A DNA stretch of 32,000 bases, taken from an uncultured archaeon. GTDB lineage: Archaea; Asgardarchaeota; Thorarchaeia; Thorarchaeales; Thorarchaeaceae. Of this stretch, positions 18,734-29,800 are shown piece after piece. The stretch is from contig CAZYLT010000008.1 in NCBI GenBank assembly GCA_964648855.1, positions 1-32,000 of the forward strand, in the 5' to 3' direction. The notes under the pieces are model-generated. The model was given only the letters and a program-made list of their open reading frames with translations, had not been told where the DNA came from and ran no database searches. A program made the position numbers and the translations under genes. Within the stretch, counting starts at the first letter, position 1. Each line of letters begins with the position of its first letter.

Positions 18734-19470
18734 TGGTCAACTATTACAAGATGTCCTGCCTCTTCTACTATAACCATCTCCGATTCTGGGAGCCATTCGT
18801 CGATGGTTTCGGATGCCCACACCGGAGTGGATTCGTCATTTTCACCTACTATGACGAGCACAGGTATTTGCAGACTGCGAAGATTGCCGCAGAAATTAAC
18901 GCCGGCATATGCGTTGATAGCATGGACCGCATCCTCCGGCTCCATGTAATCGATCATCTGATGAGCTAGCCATTCTGCCTCTTCTTCATCGTGAGGTACA
19001 AGACCTCTTTCCCCAATTTGCAGAGCGAATTCACGAATAGGCTGGCTTTGGACTCTGCCCAATATTTTGGTAATCGCTTCATGCCTTGCAAAGCAGAAGG
19101 CACCGATTAATATCATTTTAGAGATTGCCTTTGGATGTTTTAAGGCATAGGCTAAAGCTATCAATGCCCCGAGTGAATGCCCGACCAATATTAAGTCATC
19201 ATCCCACTCTATGTGCTCCAGAAGTATGGACATATCACTAGATAAATGAGATATTGTGAACTCCTTCTTGGGTTTAATTGACCTTCCATGTCCATGAAGA
19301 TCAAAACGGAGAATATGATACTCCTCTTCGAAGCGTTCAAGCTGATATTTCCAGCAGTCGCTATTTAAGAAAAGGTCGTGAATAAGAACCATCTTTTGTC
19401 CTTTTCCATTCCCGCTGATTTCATAAGCGATTTTAGTTTCTTCTTTTTCAAGAACCTCCAATGGAGCCAC
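18688..19470 (-). CDS. Alpha/beta-fold hydrolase
   Basis: FDLHGHGRS; nucleophile elbow GHSLG; acid residue in VGENDESTP; catalytic His in AGHLV. Confidence 0.92.
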   Translation of the reverse strand: MAPLEVLEKEETKIAYEISGNGKGQKMVLIHDLFLNSDCWKYQLERFEEEYHILRFDLHGHGRSIKPKKEFTISHLSSDMSILLEHIEWDDDLILVGHSLGALIALAYALKHPKAISKMILIGAFCFARHEAITKILGRVQSQPIREFALQIGERGLVPHDEEEAEWLAHQMIDYMEPEDAVHAINAYAGVNFCGNLRSLQIPVLVIVGENDESTPVWASETIDEWLPESEMVIVEEAGHLVIVDHHKELNDLIEGFLKE

Positions 19471-19886
19471 CTCGATTATGTAGGAGTTGTTTGCTAAAAA
19501 GGGCCTCGATTATGCTGCCGAAAGGCTATCTGTCAACAACATTTCGGGAATGCCCGAAATTTTATCACGACGCGTGCAGATTCAAGTATGAAATCTCTAC
19601 AGATGTCTTCCTGTGACAGATACTGCTCGTTTGAGGTACATCGCTTTGAGGGTAGATAAACTGCCAATCACGAAAGCGATAGGGTGCCTGCTATGGGCGA
19701 CTACTTCGTAAGGATAGTGGGGAAATGTATCTAAAGCGAAAAAGCTCGATTTGCGATTATATCACACTTGTATAAAATCATGTCTTGGGTTTCTCTTGCT
19801 CCTTTTCTTCTTATACCTATTTTTGCTCCAGTCCTATCGTCATGCAAATAAGGATGTATGCATATTACTTACGCGAGGACGGAGAC

Positions 19887-20792
19887 GTGCAACCCACCAT
19901 TAAACGTGATGAACTTCCAGTGCTTCGTATATCTGTTCGGATTTACCGCCCAATCGATGAAGTCTGGGGGGAGTTTCTCAACCCGCTTCTAATGACGCAG
20001 TGGCTTGGAAATGAGATATCCGCAGATATGCGAGAGGGAGGGAAGATTCGTTTCTCTGGTAAGAATGCACCCACTAACGCCGAGATGGAAAACTTCTGGA
20101 CTTTGAAGCGCTATAAGGAGGAGCGAGCACTGCTCCTTAGTTGGGGTCTCGTTGGTGTAGAGACTCTATTTCTCTTGAGTTTCAAAGAGATGCCAGCAGG
20201 AACCATCATGGAAATCCGCCATGGGCCTATTCCCAGCTCTGCTAACAAGTTGCACTTGTCTGATCATTGGACATTGTTACTTAGTAATTTCAAGTCCATT
20301 GTTGAACTCGGAGAACCAGCATTTCGCTTTGACTATACGGACTACCGTCCTCTGCGGGTGACCAGATATGACCCAAAGGTAGTTAGACACAGTGTGCTAG
20401 TCAGGGCTCCACCACAACTTCCATTTGATGTCTTCACAAATCCCGAAAAGCTGAGGCATTTCATACGGGCTGACAAACCCGTCATTGATCGGCAGTATGC
20501 GGGCATCTATACCTGGTGGTCAGAAGGGAAGGGTCCTGTTGTCTTTACAAAAATGGAACCTGAAGAGGAAATCGAGTTCACCTGGGTTTATGGCGACGAA
20601 CCCGAAACCAAGGTGAATATTAGATTCGAAGATGTTGATGATGACACTCTGGTTTCATTGCATCATTTTGATTTCAAGAAGCCCGAGGATGTTGTGGGCT
20701 ACAATATTGGTTGGGCAAGCATCTTAGCCGAGCTCAAACTAGTCTGCGAATTAGGTGAATCAGGAATCGAGAGAAGTATTGAATGGGAATAG
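19887..20792 (+). CDS. Tandem SRPBCC (START/AHSA1-like) domain protein
   Basis: Two repeats (VWGEFLNPLLMTQWLG...HW..LL..FK and FDVFTNPEKLRHF...GWASILAELK). GTG 19887 is preferred as start because GAGGACGGAG precedes it; the ORF track opens at 19785. Confidence 0.8.
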   Translation: MQPTIKRDELPVLRISVRIYRPIDEVWGEFLNPLLMTQWLGNEISADMREGGKIRFSGKNAPTNAEMENFWTLKRYKEERALLLSWGLVGVETLFLLSFKEMPAGTIMEIRHGPIPSSANKLHLSDHWTLLLSNFKSIVELGEPAFRFDYTDYRPLRVTRYDPKVVRHSVLVRAPPQLPFDVFTNPEKLRHFIRADKPVIDRQYAGIYTWWSEGKGPVVFTKMEPEEEIEFTWVYGDEPETKVNIRFEDVDDDTLVSLHHFDFKKPEDVVGYNIGWASILAELKLVCELGESGIERSIEWE

Positions 20793-20797
20793 AGTCC

Positions 20798-21553
20798 CTA
20801 TATCGGTAGGAAAATCATCCAATCCGCAGGAAATATCAACGAAATCATTACAATTGCGGTTAGGATAGGTATAAGGAAATTATCGCTCCAACCTATACTG
20901 AGTGCTTCAGTTATGGCGATCACACCGGCAACCAATAGGATTTGAGGAAATAGGCATAGCAGACAAACTCCACTGCCCTGAGCGAGAAGAGCTACCAGAA
21001 CCGATAGAAGGCCAAATATAAACACGCCAAGGCTTCCCTCAAATGACTTCTTGCCATACTTGCCCTGCACGTACTTTCCCCCAATAGTTCTTCCAATCAC
21101 TTCCCCGGCGGCATCGCCCCAGGCTACAGCTAGAATGGCTGCAACAAATATGCTAGAATGAGCCACAGATAACATAAAAGCTATTGAGAATCCAGCCAAG
21201 CCCATAATGCCAGACGCGAGTGTATTGAATCGTGTTTCGCTCTCTCGGGTTCCAGCAACAAGTAGTATAGTGATCAGATTGCTCTTATGTGCCCAAGCAT
21301 AAACTAGAATGGTTAGAAAAATCCCTGCAGCCAAGAACGGCCCACTGAGATTTGAATATCTTAGTGCTGTCAAGGCAATTATGGTGCCCATAGTGATATG
21401 GACAGTCTTTCTAGCCTTCCAGTTTTCTATTCCATGCATTGCCATCTTATACGAGAAAAGTAGCACGATGCCTCCGACTACGCCCGTGGTGATGGCCATG
21501 ACCAAGTCAAGAGTGTTCAGTCCCCCAAATATCAACTCAACCATGGTTCTCAT
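20798..21553 (-). CDS. CTP-dependent polyprenol kinase (phytol/farnesol/dolichol kinase family)
   Basis: Multi-TM; RKTVHI, WGDAAGEVIG, KKSFEGS and SDNFLIP motifs. Confidence 0.85.
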   Translation of the reverse strand: MRTMVELIFGGLNTLDLVMAITTGVVGGIVLLFSYKMAMHGIENWKARKTVHITMGTIIALTALRYSNLSGPFLAAGIFLTILVYAWAHKSNLITILLVAGTRESETRFNTLASGIMGLAGFSIAFMLSVAHSSIFVAAILAVAWGDAAGEVIGRTIGGKYVQGKYGKKSFEGSLGVFIFGLLSVLVALLAQGSGVCLLCLFPQILLVAGVIAITEALSIGWSDNFLIPILTAIVMISLIFPADWMIFLPI

Positions 21554-21597
21554 TCATCTGTGTGATAGGATCGCATTTGATTCTATCTCTTCTGAAT

Positions 21598-22506
21598 TCA
21601 GGCTCCACCGCCACCCCCGGGCACTTGAAAATTCCGTACGTCTCTCCATGCCCGTCTTCTGTACTGAATCACAGATATAATAAGCATCAGTGTCAGGAAT
21701 ATGGCTACAGTGAAGGTTCCAGCAAAGAAATCTCCAATAATGATCTGAAGAAGCACATAGACTCCTAGCGCCACCGCTGCTGAACCTACTAGTGGACTCA
21801 ACGTTCTCGCATCTACGCGATTAATGGAAACCGCTGATACAGGCGCGGAAATAAGAGCTCCAATTACTAATGGAATCTCCAACTCCAGAAAGGGCTCTAG
21901 TGATAACTCGGTTATGCCCAAATAGAAGTATACTAGCCAAGCCGCGCCTGTGACAGCAGCTTCTGCTACTGCCGTGGTGCCAATGGCCTTGGTACTATCT
22001 CTTCCGGAGAGGATTTGTCCCCCAGCAACGATAGGGCCATAACCACCCCCGCTGATGCTCTTGTTAAATGAGGCAATGATCCCAAAGGCTGTTAGACGCT
22101 GCCAAGAGAATCTCCATCTAAATCCCTGGACCACCATGGTTCCCGTAACAATTACAGTAATACTCACATATGTCGCGACAAATAATTCGTGCAGGGTGAT
22201 TGCAATTAGAGCTCCTGTAGCACCAGCAATTATGCCTAGTACTGAGAGTAGAGTCGATACCTTGAAGTCTTCAGACTGAACTTCTGAATCTATATTTCCC
22301 ATCAACCTGTGAAGCAAAGCGGTTAATCCAGCTCCCATAAACTCTGAGATCAATATAGCTGGAACTGCTCGATAAATTGGATATCCTACAATTATCAGGA
22401 CCGGTGCCAGAATTGTTCCATATCCAAGACCCAGTGTTGAATCAACGAATTTGCTGAAGAAGCCTACTAATGCAATAATCGCTACTATGACAACAATCTG
22501 CATCAT
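21598..22506 (-). CDS. TauE/SafE family (TSUP) sulfite exporter-like permease
   Basis: DSTLGLGYGTILAPVL and SISGGGYGPIV repeats, AIGTT; ~9 TM helices. Confidence 0.88.
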   Translation of the reverse strand: MMQIVVIVAIIALVGFFSKFVDSTLGLGYGTILAPVLIIVGYPIYRAVPAILISEFMGAGLTALLHRLMGNIDSEVQSEDFKVSTLLSVLGIIAGATGALIAITLHELFVATYVSITVIVTGTMVVQGFRWRFSWQRLTAFGIIASFNKSISGGGYGPIVAGGQILSGRDSTKAIGTTAVAEAAVTGAAWLVYFYLGITELSLEPFLELEIPLVIGALISAPVSAVSINRVDARTLSPLVGSAAVALGVYVLLQIIIGDFFAGTFTVAIFLTLMLIISVIQYRRRAWRDVRNFQVPGGGGGA

Positions 22507-22669
22507 TTTCTTGTTCTCTCTTGCTAAATCAACAGACTAACTTCTACTGCACGTAACGCTGAACTTAGGGCAAGCCATTCTAGGGCAATATAAATCTATT
22601 CTTCACCATCCTAGAGAGTTTATCCTTTTTAAGCACAACCTGCATACGCGCATCTTTTAAACGAAATAT

Positions 22670-23053
22670 TCAGACTGGTGAGAGCGTTCCCTCTCTTTGC
22701 AATGTTTCTTCTTTTTCAGTGGATTGTCTTTCTCTTAGAGTAACCACCACTGCTGCTTTTACACTAGCGATTGCCACTGTAAGCGTGATGATTATCCAGG
22801 TTATATCGTCAAGCATTGTCTTCCAAAGAGTGCAGATTCTTAGAATAACTGCAGTTATCCCAACTTTTCGTGTAGTTTGCTTATGAGGAAGTACCTTCAT
22901 TAATAAAGCTGACAGAGGTGCTGAAGTCATCGAATCAATGCGTAGAATTATCTCTAGTTGCATTAAGGACTCGAAGCTCAAGACAGCTGTGCCAAACCAT
23001 CAATAGAGAAACCAAGAAGCCGCCGTGACTATTGAGCCAGCTAATGCTGTCAT
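22670..23053 (-). pseudogene. Small membrane-protein frame interrupted by an in-frame TGA
   Basis: ATG 23053 gives MTALAGSIVTAASWFLY*WFGTAVL..., in frame with the 103-aa ORF; the TGA is at 23002-23000. Confidence 0.4.
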
Positions 23054-23113
23054 TGCAACAACCTTATTTTATAGTCGGCAAATACATATGATGATACGCA
23101 ATCAATATTAGGA

Positions 23114-23740
23114 ATGCTCTTATCTAGTAGCCACCAAAGGGGTGTTGGAGTACAATTGAGAGACCAAGATGACGGTAGCAAAGTGATGAAGGCCGTACTG
23201 ATAGGTGACGGCGCAGTTGGCAAAACAAGCATTCGCCGAAATTACTTAGGTGATGAATTCATAGAGGGGCACATCGCAACCATCGGAGTTGATCTTGCAA
23301 CTAAGAGAGTCCTATTTGATGATGAAATTGTGAAATTCATTATATGGGACTTGGCAGGTCAACCTTCTTTTGAGCAGGTTCGAGGGCATTATTACCACGG
23401 CTGTAACGGAATTTTATTGGTCTATTCGGTTGTGGACCGGGATTCATTCGACAATGCCAGCAAATGGCTGGTGGAAGCATACAAGAACATGGGTCCACTG
23501 CCACCTACTGTGATCGTTGGCAATAAGACTGACCTGAGAGATGGTGTGCCTCCAGAGCAGAGAGTTACTACTGAGGACGGTGAGGATTTCACGAAATACT
23601 TCATCAAGAAACTGGAGGTCCCAGCTGTATTCTACGAGACCTCAGCGAAGACTGGGCACAATATCGAGAATGTGTTCAGAGACCTCTTGACCATGATGGG
23701 CGAGGCTGAATCAGAAGAGAGCGACCTATACATTGGATAG
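23114..23740 (+). CDS. Rab-like small GTPase (Ras superfamily, eukaryotic signature protein)
   Basis: G1 GDGAVGKTS, G2 TIGVD, G3 WDLAGQ, G4 NKTD, G5 ETSAK. The real start may be a downstream TTG/GTG/ATG. Confidence 0.93.
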   Translation: MLLSSSHQRGVGVQLRDQDDGSKVMKAVLIGDGAVGKTSIRRNYLGDEFIEGHIATIGVDLATKRVLFDDEIVKFIIWDLAGQPSFEQVRGHYYHGCNGILLVYSVVDRDSFDNASKWLVEAYKNMGPLPPTVIVGNKTDLRDGVPPEQRVTTEDGEDFTKYFIKKLEVPAVFYETSAKTGHNIENVFRDLLTMMGEAESEESDLYIG

Positions 23741-23888
23741 TTCGCGGATATCTATCAAGGACCTATTTCACACCCGAAATGCATAAAGTTTTAACTCCAA
23801 ATACAAAATTTAGTGTGGAAGATAACCATAGTTAATATTCTATAGGATGTGACTATAATTGGTTAGACAGGAGAGAGTGTAGCAAAAA

Positions 23889-26684
23889 ATGAGCAAAACT
23901 AGCCAAGAAAAAAAACAACAGACCAAGACATCAATGAAGATAGAAGGCATGCATTGTGCGTCTTGTGTAGCGACCATAGAAAAATCCCTGCTCAATGAAG
24001 ATGGGGTCTTGAAAGCAACAGTGAGTCTCCTTGATGAGAAGGCTGTTGTCGAATATGATCCTGAGAAAGTAGACCGCGAGAAACTGGAGAAGGCTGTAGA
24101 GTCCGCGGGATACAAGTCAAAGCGTCCTACAATGACACTTACTTTGGCACCCAAACCGGGTGTGGATGAATGGGATATCATCATCGCAAATATAGAATCA
24201 ATAGACGGGATTTTTTCGACAAAGCCCTTTCCCGATTCAGGGAGAGTAATTGTAGAGTATGATGATGACAAAGTAACTGCAAGAATAGTTAAACGAGTTA
24301 TTGAAGAACGCGGATTTGAGGTTGCAAGTAGCACCGAGGCTCTCGGCGATAGAGAAACACTGGCAAGGGAGACGGAGATCCGTTATTACGGCACTCTTCT
24401 CGTATTCTCATTGATATTTACAATCCCTGTTGCACTTACGGGATTTGGACTACTGACTCCATTAATTCAGCCCTTTATTGCTCCAGATGTTTTCATGTTT
24501 CTACTAGCAACACCTGTTCAGTTCGTTGCTGGTTACCCATTCTACAAATCCGGACTTAGAGGTCTAATACACGGCAAGACTAACATGGACACATTGATAA
24601 TGCTTGGAACTAGCGCAGCATATTTCTTCTCTGTCGCCGCCACGTTCATTTTCCCCGATTTTATGCCATTCTACAGTACTTCGGCTTGGCTGATTGCATT
24701 CATAATCATGGGCAGATTCTTGGAGGCCGTGGCAAAAGGTAGAACCTCAAGGTCCATTCGAAGCCTTATGGATTTGCAGGCAAACATAGCTGTAGTTGAA
24801 CGAGATGGTGAAGAAATCACCTTGCCAATTGAAGATGTTGAGGTTGGAGATATCGTATTAGTCCGCCCGGGTGAGAAGATTCCAGTAGACGGTAGGGTCG
24901 TACAAGGCGAATCCAAAGTAGACGAATCGATGATTACCGGTGAATCCATCCCAGTCGATAAGACTCCTGATGACGATGTGGTTGGTGCAACTATCAATAA
25001 GAATGGCGTCCTCCGGATTGAAGCCACACAAGTGGGTCAGGATACGGTGCTATCTCAGATTGTCAAGCTTGTGGAAGAAGCTCAAAGTGAGAAGCCTCCA
25101 ATTCAACGAAGGGCTGATGCCATTGCAGAAGTTTTCGTGCCTTTTGTTCATGTCGTTGCCTTGGCTACATTTCTCGGATGGTTATTCATTGGCGCGGCAG
25201 AATGGACTGTGGCATTGAGTTTCACCATTGCCGTTTTGGTCGCCGCATGTCCCTGTGCGCTAGGATTAGCCACGCCGACGGCAATCATGGTAGGACTAGG
25301 TAAGGGTGCTCAGTCTGGCATATTGATCAAGACTGGTGCAGGACTTGAAATAATACCAAAAATTGACACAATCATTTTCGATAAGACCGGAACCCTTACC
25401 GTCGGAAGGCCAACGGTCACCGATTTTATTCTGATATCGGGCAATGATAAAGAACTGGTATTATCTGAAATTGCGGCTGTTGAAAAGAACAGCGAGCACC
25501 CTTTGGCTGAAGCCATAGTACGATATGCTCAGAAAGAAGAGGTCGAAATTCCACACAGTGCAGACTTTAAGTATGAGCAAGGTAAAGGAGTTCGAGCTGT
25601 AATCGGTGGAAATGAGGTACGAGTTGGCAAAGATGAGTACATTCGCACCCGCGGTGCTGATATCTCTGAATTAGAACAACACAGTGCTAGACTTCAACAA
25701 CAAGGAAAGACAACTGTCTACGCTTCTAGAAACAACGAACCTTTGGGAATCATAGGTATCGCAGACGCTGTCAAGCCTTCGTCAAAGAGTGCAGTGAATT
25801 CGCTGAAGAAAATGGGCCTCGACGTGTGGATGATAACGGGCGACAAAGAACGCACCGCAAAAGCTGTTGCAGAGAAGATTGGAATTGAGAATGTCATGTC
25901 TGAAGTTCTTCCCGCAGATAAGGCTGACAAGGTCAAGGAGCTACAAGATCAAGGAAAGATTATCGCCATGACTGGCGATGGTGTCAATGATGCTCCTGCT
26001 CTTGCTCAGGCAGATGTTGGAATAGCACTGGGCTCGGGAACCGACGTGAGTGTGGAGACCGGAGAGATTGTCCTTGTTCGCGATGACCTAATGGACGTTG
26101 TTTCAGCCATAAAACTGGGTCAGAAGACAATGGTCAAAATCAAACAGGGCTTTTTCTGGGCATTCGTCTATAACATGGCGCTGCTCCCCATCGCAGCTGG
26201 TTTCTTTTATCCCTTCTTTGGACTGGTATTGCGACCGGAATTTGCTGGACTTGCTATGGCATTGTCAAGTGTGTCTGTGGTCAGCAATGCACTTCTGCTG
26301 AACCGATTTGACCCGAGAGAGGATATGGAAGAGATGGGAGTTCTAGAAGATGCAGCCAAGCATTCGATAGCCATTGACCCAATATGCAAGATGGAAGTTG
26401 ATACAACAACAGCTGAGCTCTATACTGACTACAAGGGAAATCGGTATTACTTCTGTGCGCCCTATTGCAAGGAAAAATTCGAAGAAAATCCTGAGGAACA
26501 CATTGAACGAGAGGTCACAGGCACCGATGAGAACGAGCAGGGAGTTGCAATAGATCCTATTTGCAAGATGGACGTGGATATCGCGACTGCAGAGCTCTGT
26601 ACTGACTACGAAGGCAAGCGCTACTATTTCTGCAATGCACATTGCAAAGCCACCTTTGAGAAGAATCCTGAGAAATACATCTGA
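23889..26684 (+). CDS. copA: Cu(I)-translocating P1B-1 ATPase with N-terminal HMA domains and two C-terminal YHS domains
   Basis: [34 protein letters not shown] and MALSS motifs; two DPICKM...YYFC..C repeats. Confidence 0.95.
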   Translation: MSKTSQEKKQQTKTSMKIEGMHCASCVATIEKSLLNEDGVLKATVSLLDEKAVVEYDPEKVDREKLEKAVESAGYKSKRPTMTLTLAPKPGVDEWDIIIANIESIDGIFSTKPFPDSGRVIVEYDDDKVTARIVKRVIEERGFEVASSTEALGDRETLARETEIRYYGTLLVFSLIFTIPVALTGFGLLTPLIQPFIAPDVFMFLLATPVQFVAGYPFYKSGLRGLIHGKTNMDTLIMLGTSAAYFFSVAATFIFPDFMPFYSTSAWLIAFIIMGRFLEAVAKGRTSRSIRSLMDLQANIAVVERDGEEITLPIEDVEVGDIVLVRPGEKIPVDGRVVQGESKVDESMITGESIPVDKTPDDDVVGATINKNGVLRIEATQVGQDTVLSQIVKLVEEAQSEKPPIQRRADAIAEVFVPFVHVVALATFLGWLFIGAAEWTVALSFTIAVLVAACPCALGLATPTAIMVGLGKGAQSGILIKTGAGLEIIPKIDTIIFDKTGTLTVGRPTVTDFILISGNDKELVLSEIAAVEKNSEHPLAEAIVRYAQKEEVEIPHSADFKYEQGKGVRAVIGGNEVRVGKDEYIRTRGADISELEQHSARLQQQGKTTVYASRNNEPLGIIGIADAVKPSSKSAVNSLKKMGLDVWMITGDKERTAKAVAEKIGIENVMSEVLPADKADKVKELQDQGKIIAMTGDGVNDAPALAQADVGIALGSGTDVSVETGEIVLVRDDLMDVVSAIKLGQKTMVKIKQGFFWAFVYNMALLPIAAGFFYPFFGLVLRPEFAGLAMALSSVSVVSNALLLNRFDPREDMEEMGVLEDAAKHSIAIDPICKMEVDTTTAELYTDYKGNRYYFCAPYCKEKFEENPEEHIEREVTGTDENEQGVAIDPICKMDVDIATAELCTDYEGKRYYFCNAHCKATFEKNPEKYI

Positions 26685-26875
26685 TTGCCAAGAGCAACTC
26701 CTTTGCTGTGTTTTTCAGAAAAAAATCCTGGGTGTTTCTGTATTCAGCTAGGAGCATGGTGGACTAAGATAGAGAATCGAATTGCAAATTTGCCAAAATT
26801 GGGGTCATTGTGATTTCTGTCTAAAGCTACGCTAGTAAGAATGATACCCGACAATCATCTTCTAGCTGCTTTTGC

Positions 26876-29800
26876 CTACTTTCTTTTCTTCATGAAGAAG
26901 ACGAGCATAACAACAATTACAACTCCAGCAACCGAACCAATGAGCAACAATGGTAGAAAATCGGACCCACCATGAGGAACAAGAACATCAGTTCCCCTAA
27001 TTTCTACATGGTGTTCGCTATGTTGGTAGGTCAAATGAATAACTGTTGCAGTTTCGTTTGAGTCAGCCACGTAATCAATAGCCTCACCATCGAAGAGAAC
27101 GTCCCACTCATTGTGAGGTGCATATAGAAGATTTCTTGGAATTGTGATATTGCAGAAACCGATTGTATCATCTTCCCCAGCTATGTCGAATTCTATGACT
27201 CCTTCCTCCTCAATAAAAGAGGGATTTTGGATATCCGAATTAGTGCGGAAATCTATATTGTACCCAAGGTCGGGAACTGTCCATATGAGTATTTTCGGGA
27301 AATTGCTTGGATTCAACGGGTCAGAACCAAAGTCTACTTCATAACCATCATTATACCCGTCCCCGTCGGTGTCTTCAAGGAAGCATAATGTGTGGTTGAT
27401 TAGATGAGAATAATGCCTGAACGTTGTGTTTTCATCTCCCAGAGTCGTGTAGGTGTATCCAGGTATTATCATGTTCAGCTCATGGTAATCTGAGAGTAAG
27501 TCATTGTCAAAGTCTGTGTCTATGCCGTCAAGCCACATGTCAGAATCCTGGTCCGGATCAAACATGTCAGTACCCAGGGGGTACCAGCTCAATGAAGGAT
27601 TCTGATACTCAAAGACCTCAAAACCATCGTAGATGCCATCGTTGTCTGAGTCGTAATCTAAAATATTGACAACACCATCATTGTCAAAATCGCCTAGCGG
27701 AGCATGAGCTGAATTCCCACTATCGGCAGCCCTCTCCTCACAATACAGGACTTCATCCAAATCGGTGAGCCCATCGGCATCTGTGTCATTATTCAGAGGG
27801 TCTAACGAAACCCTTGTTGGCTGAAGACCTTCATATGCATGATATGTAACAATTTCATCATAGTCTGAAAGCCCGTCCCCATCCGAATCTGGATGAAGGG
27901 GATTAGTGCCATTCATGAGCTCGTGGTAGTCATTAATGCCATCATGATCCGTGTCAGCCTCAATTGGACTCGTATATCTCCTGTTCTCAGGCAGAGATGT
28001 GTTGGTGGTCACTGTTATACCCACATTAGGGTCAAACGTGCTATAATTACTGCTTGCCACTGAGGTTGGTACATAGAGTTCGGTCCAGTCATCCAAACCG
28101 TCCATATCCGTGTCCGGCATCAACATGTCTGTCCCTTCTTGTTCCTCAATGAAGTCACTGATACCATCCTTGTCATAGTCGTGGTAGTGCCAGATATCAG
28201 GCACCTCATTCCACCCTTTCAGAAACCTACCTTCCATGTAGGCTATCTCATCCACATCCAGCCAGCCGTCTGCGTCAGTATCATTCGTTACTGGCGATAG
28301 TACGATTTCTTTCTCAAGGCCATCGGCGAGGCCATCAGAATCAGTGTCAGCTTCCATAGGATGAGTCTGGAACCGTGCTCTATAGGGGTCGGGTGAAGCG
28401 AATAGTTCTCTGAGGATATACTCGTCGTCCTCTTCTTGAATAGGTTCTTGAATATCAGTTGACCCTGTTGCCACCCTTCTGTCGACTGCCCAGTTCCAGC
28501 CGAAGTACTCTTCTCCGTCAGTGAGGTTATCGTCATCTGAATCTGGATCATTTGGATCCGTGAAGTATGTCACATTCCCATGATACAGGATGTACATCTG
28601 ACCCTCAGCTACTTCCGTAGCATCTGAGAGGCCATCATTGTCTGTGTCTCGTCGGAGCGGGTCTGTTGCATAGACATGTACCTCAACACCGTCAAGGAGT
28701 GAGTCCCCATCAGAGTCACTTACTAATGGAGATGTACCTATTTCGAGCTCCTGACCATCCAGGAGCTGGTCTGAATCTGTATCATTGTTGAGAGGATCTG
28801 TTCCAATTCTGAGTTCCATCCCATCGAGAATACCATCATTATCAACATCAGAATTGTTTAAGTAATGCAGATTTGCGATTGTTTCGTTGGAAATTCCGCG
28901 AGTGAGATTATAGTACTGGACCTCAATACCGTCCATTAGGCCATCGGAATCAGTATCAGGCTCTGAGCAATTTGCATTAAAGAAGAAGAAATCTGCAACA
29001 TTATTGATCCCATCGCCATCGGAGTCGTCTTCTACTGGATTTGTATCGTTTGCGTATTCCTCCACATCAGTTGTTCCATCATTATCAGAGTCTTTCTTCA
29101 AGGGGTTCGTGGGGGTAGGATTGAGTGGTTTACAGTCATCTAATCCAAATGGATGCCCGTTCCAAGTGTTCCCATGGATTTCTCCATAATCATCGAAATT
29201 GCCATTGGTTCCAGAATTGACAGCTCTGCTCTGTTCAGTTGCATTGATGTAGTTATCATTATCTAGGTCAAAATCGCCGTCCGTGTCTATGTCGAGGGGC
29301 GATGTTCCATAATCGAACTCTTCGCCATCAAGTAATCCCTCGCCATCAACGTCAGGATTTAGGATATATAGGACTGGAGATGGGACCCCATAGAAATTCT
29401 CATACCAATCATATTCCGCCTTGTCCCATAAGCCATCATCATCTGAGTCTTTTTTAAGTGGGTGAGGGTGTGGGTCTTCTAGATCTGGACCTGCAAATGC
29501 CCATTCTTCAGAGTCGGTAAAGCCATCGAAGTCTGTATCCTTAAGCGAGGGATTAGTCTTGATTACCTCAAGCCAATGCGCACTATTCATGCCTTTGAGT
29601 TCTTGCTTGTCATTGAGGCCATCATTATCACTATCATAGTCTATAATGCATGGCTTTCCGTCGTTGTCATAATCTGCCAAGGGGTCAAGTCCGGCAGCAT
29701 AGAATAGAGCCAGTTCTTCAGAGTCAATGAGGCCATCCTGGTCTGTATCATTTTGTAATGGGTCAGTGAAATAGTAAAGTAACTCATTGCCATCAGAGAG

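Noticed and set aside
20798-23740. Prenol kinase serving prenylation of the nearby Rab-like GTPase
   Set aside because: The GTPase has no C-terminal Cys, no prenyltransferase is present, and the genes are not co-oriented.
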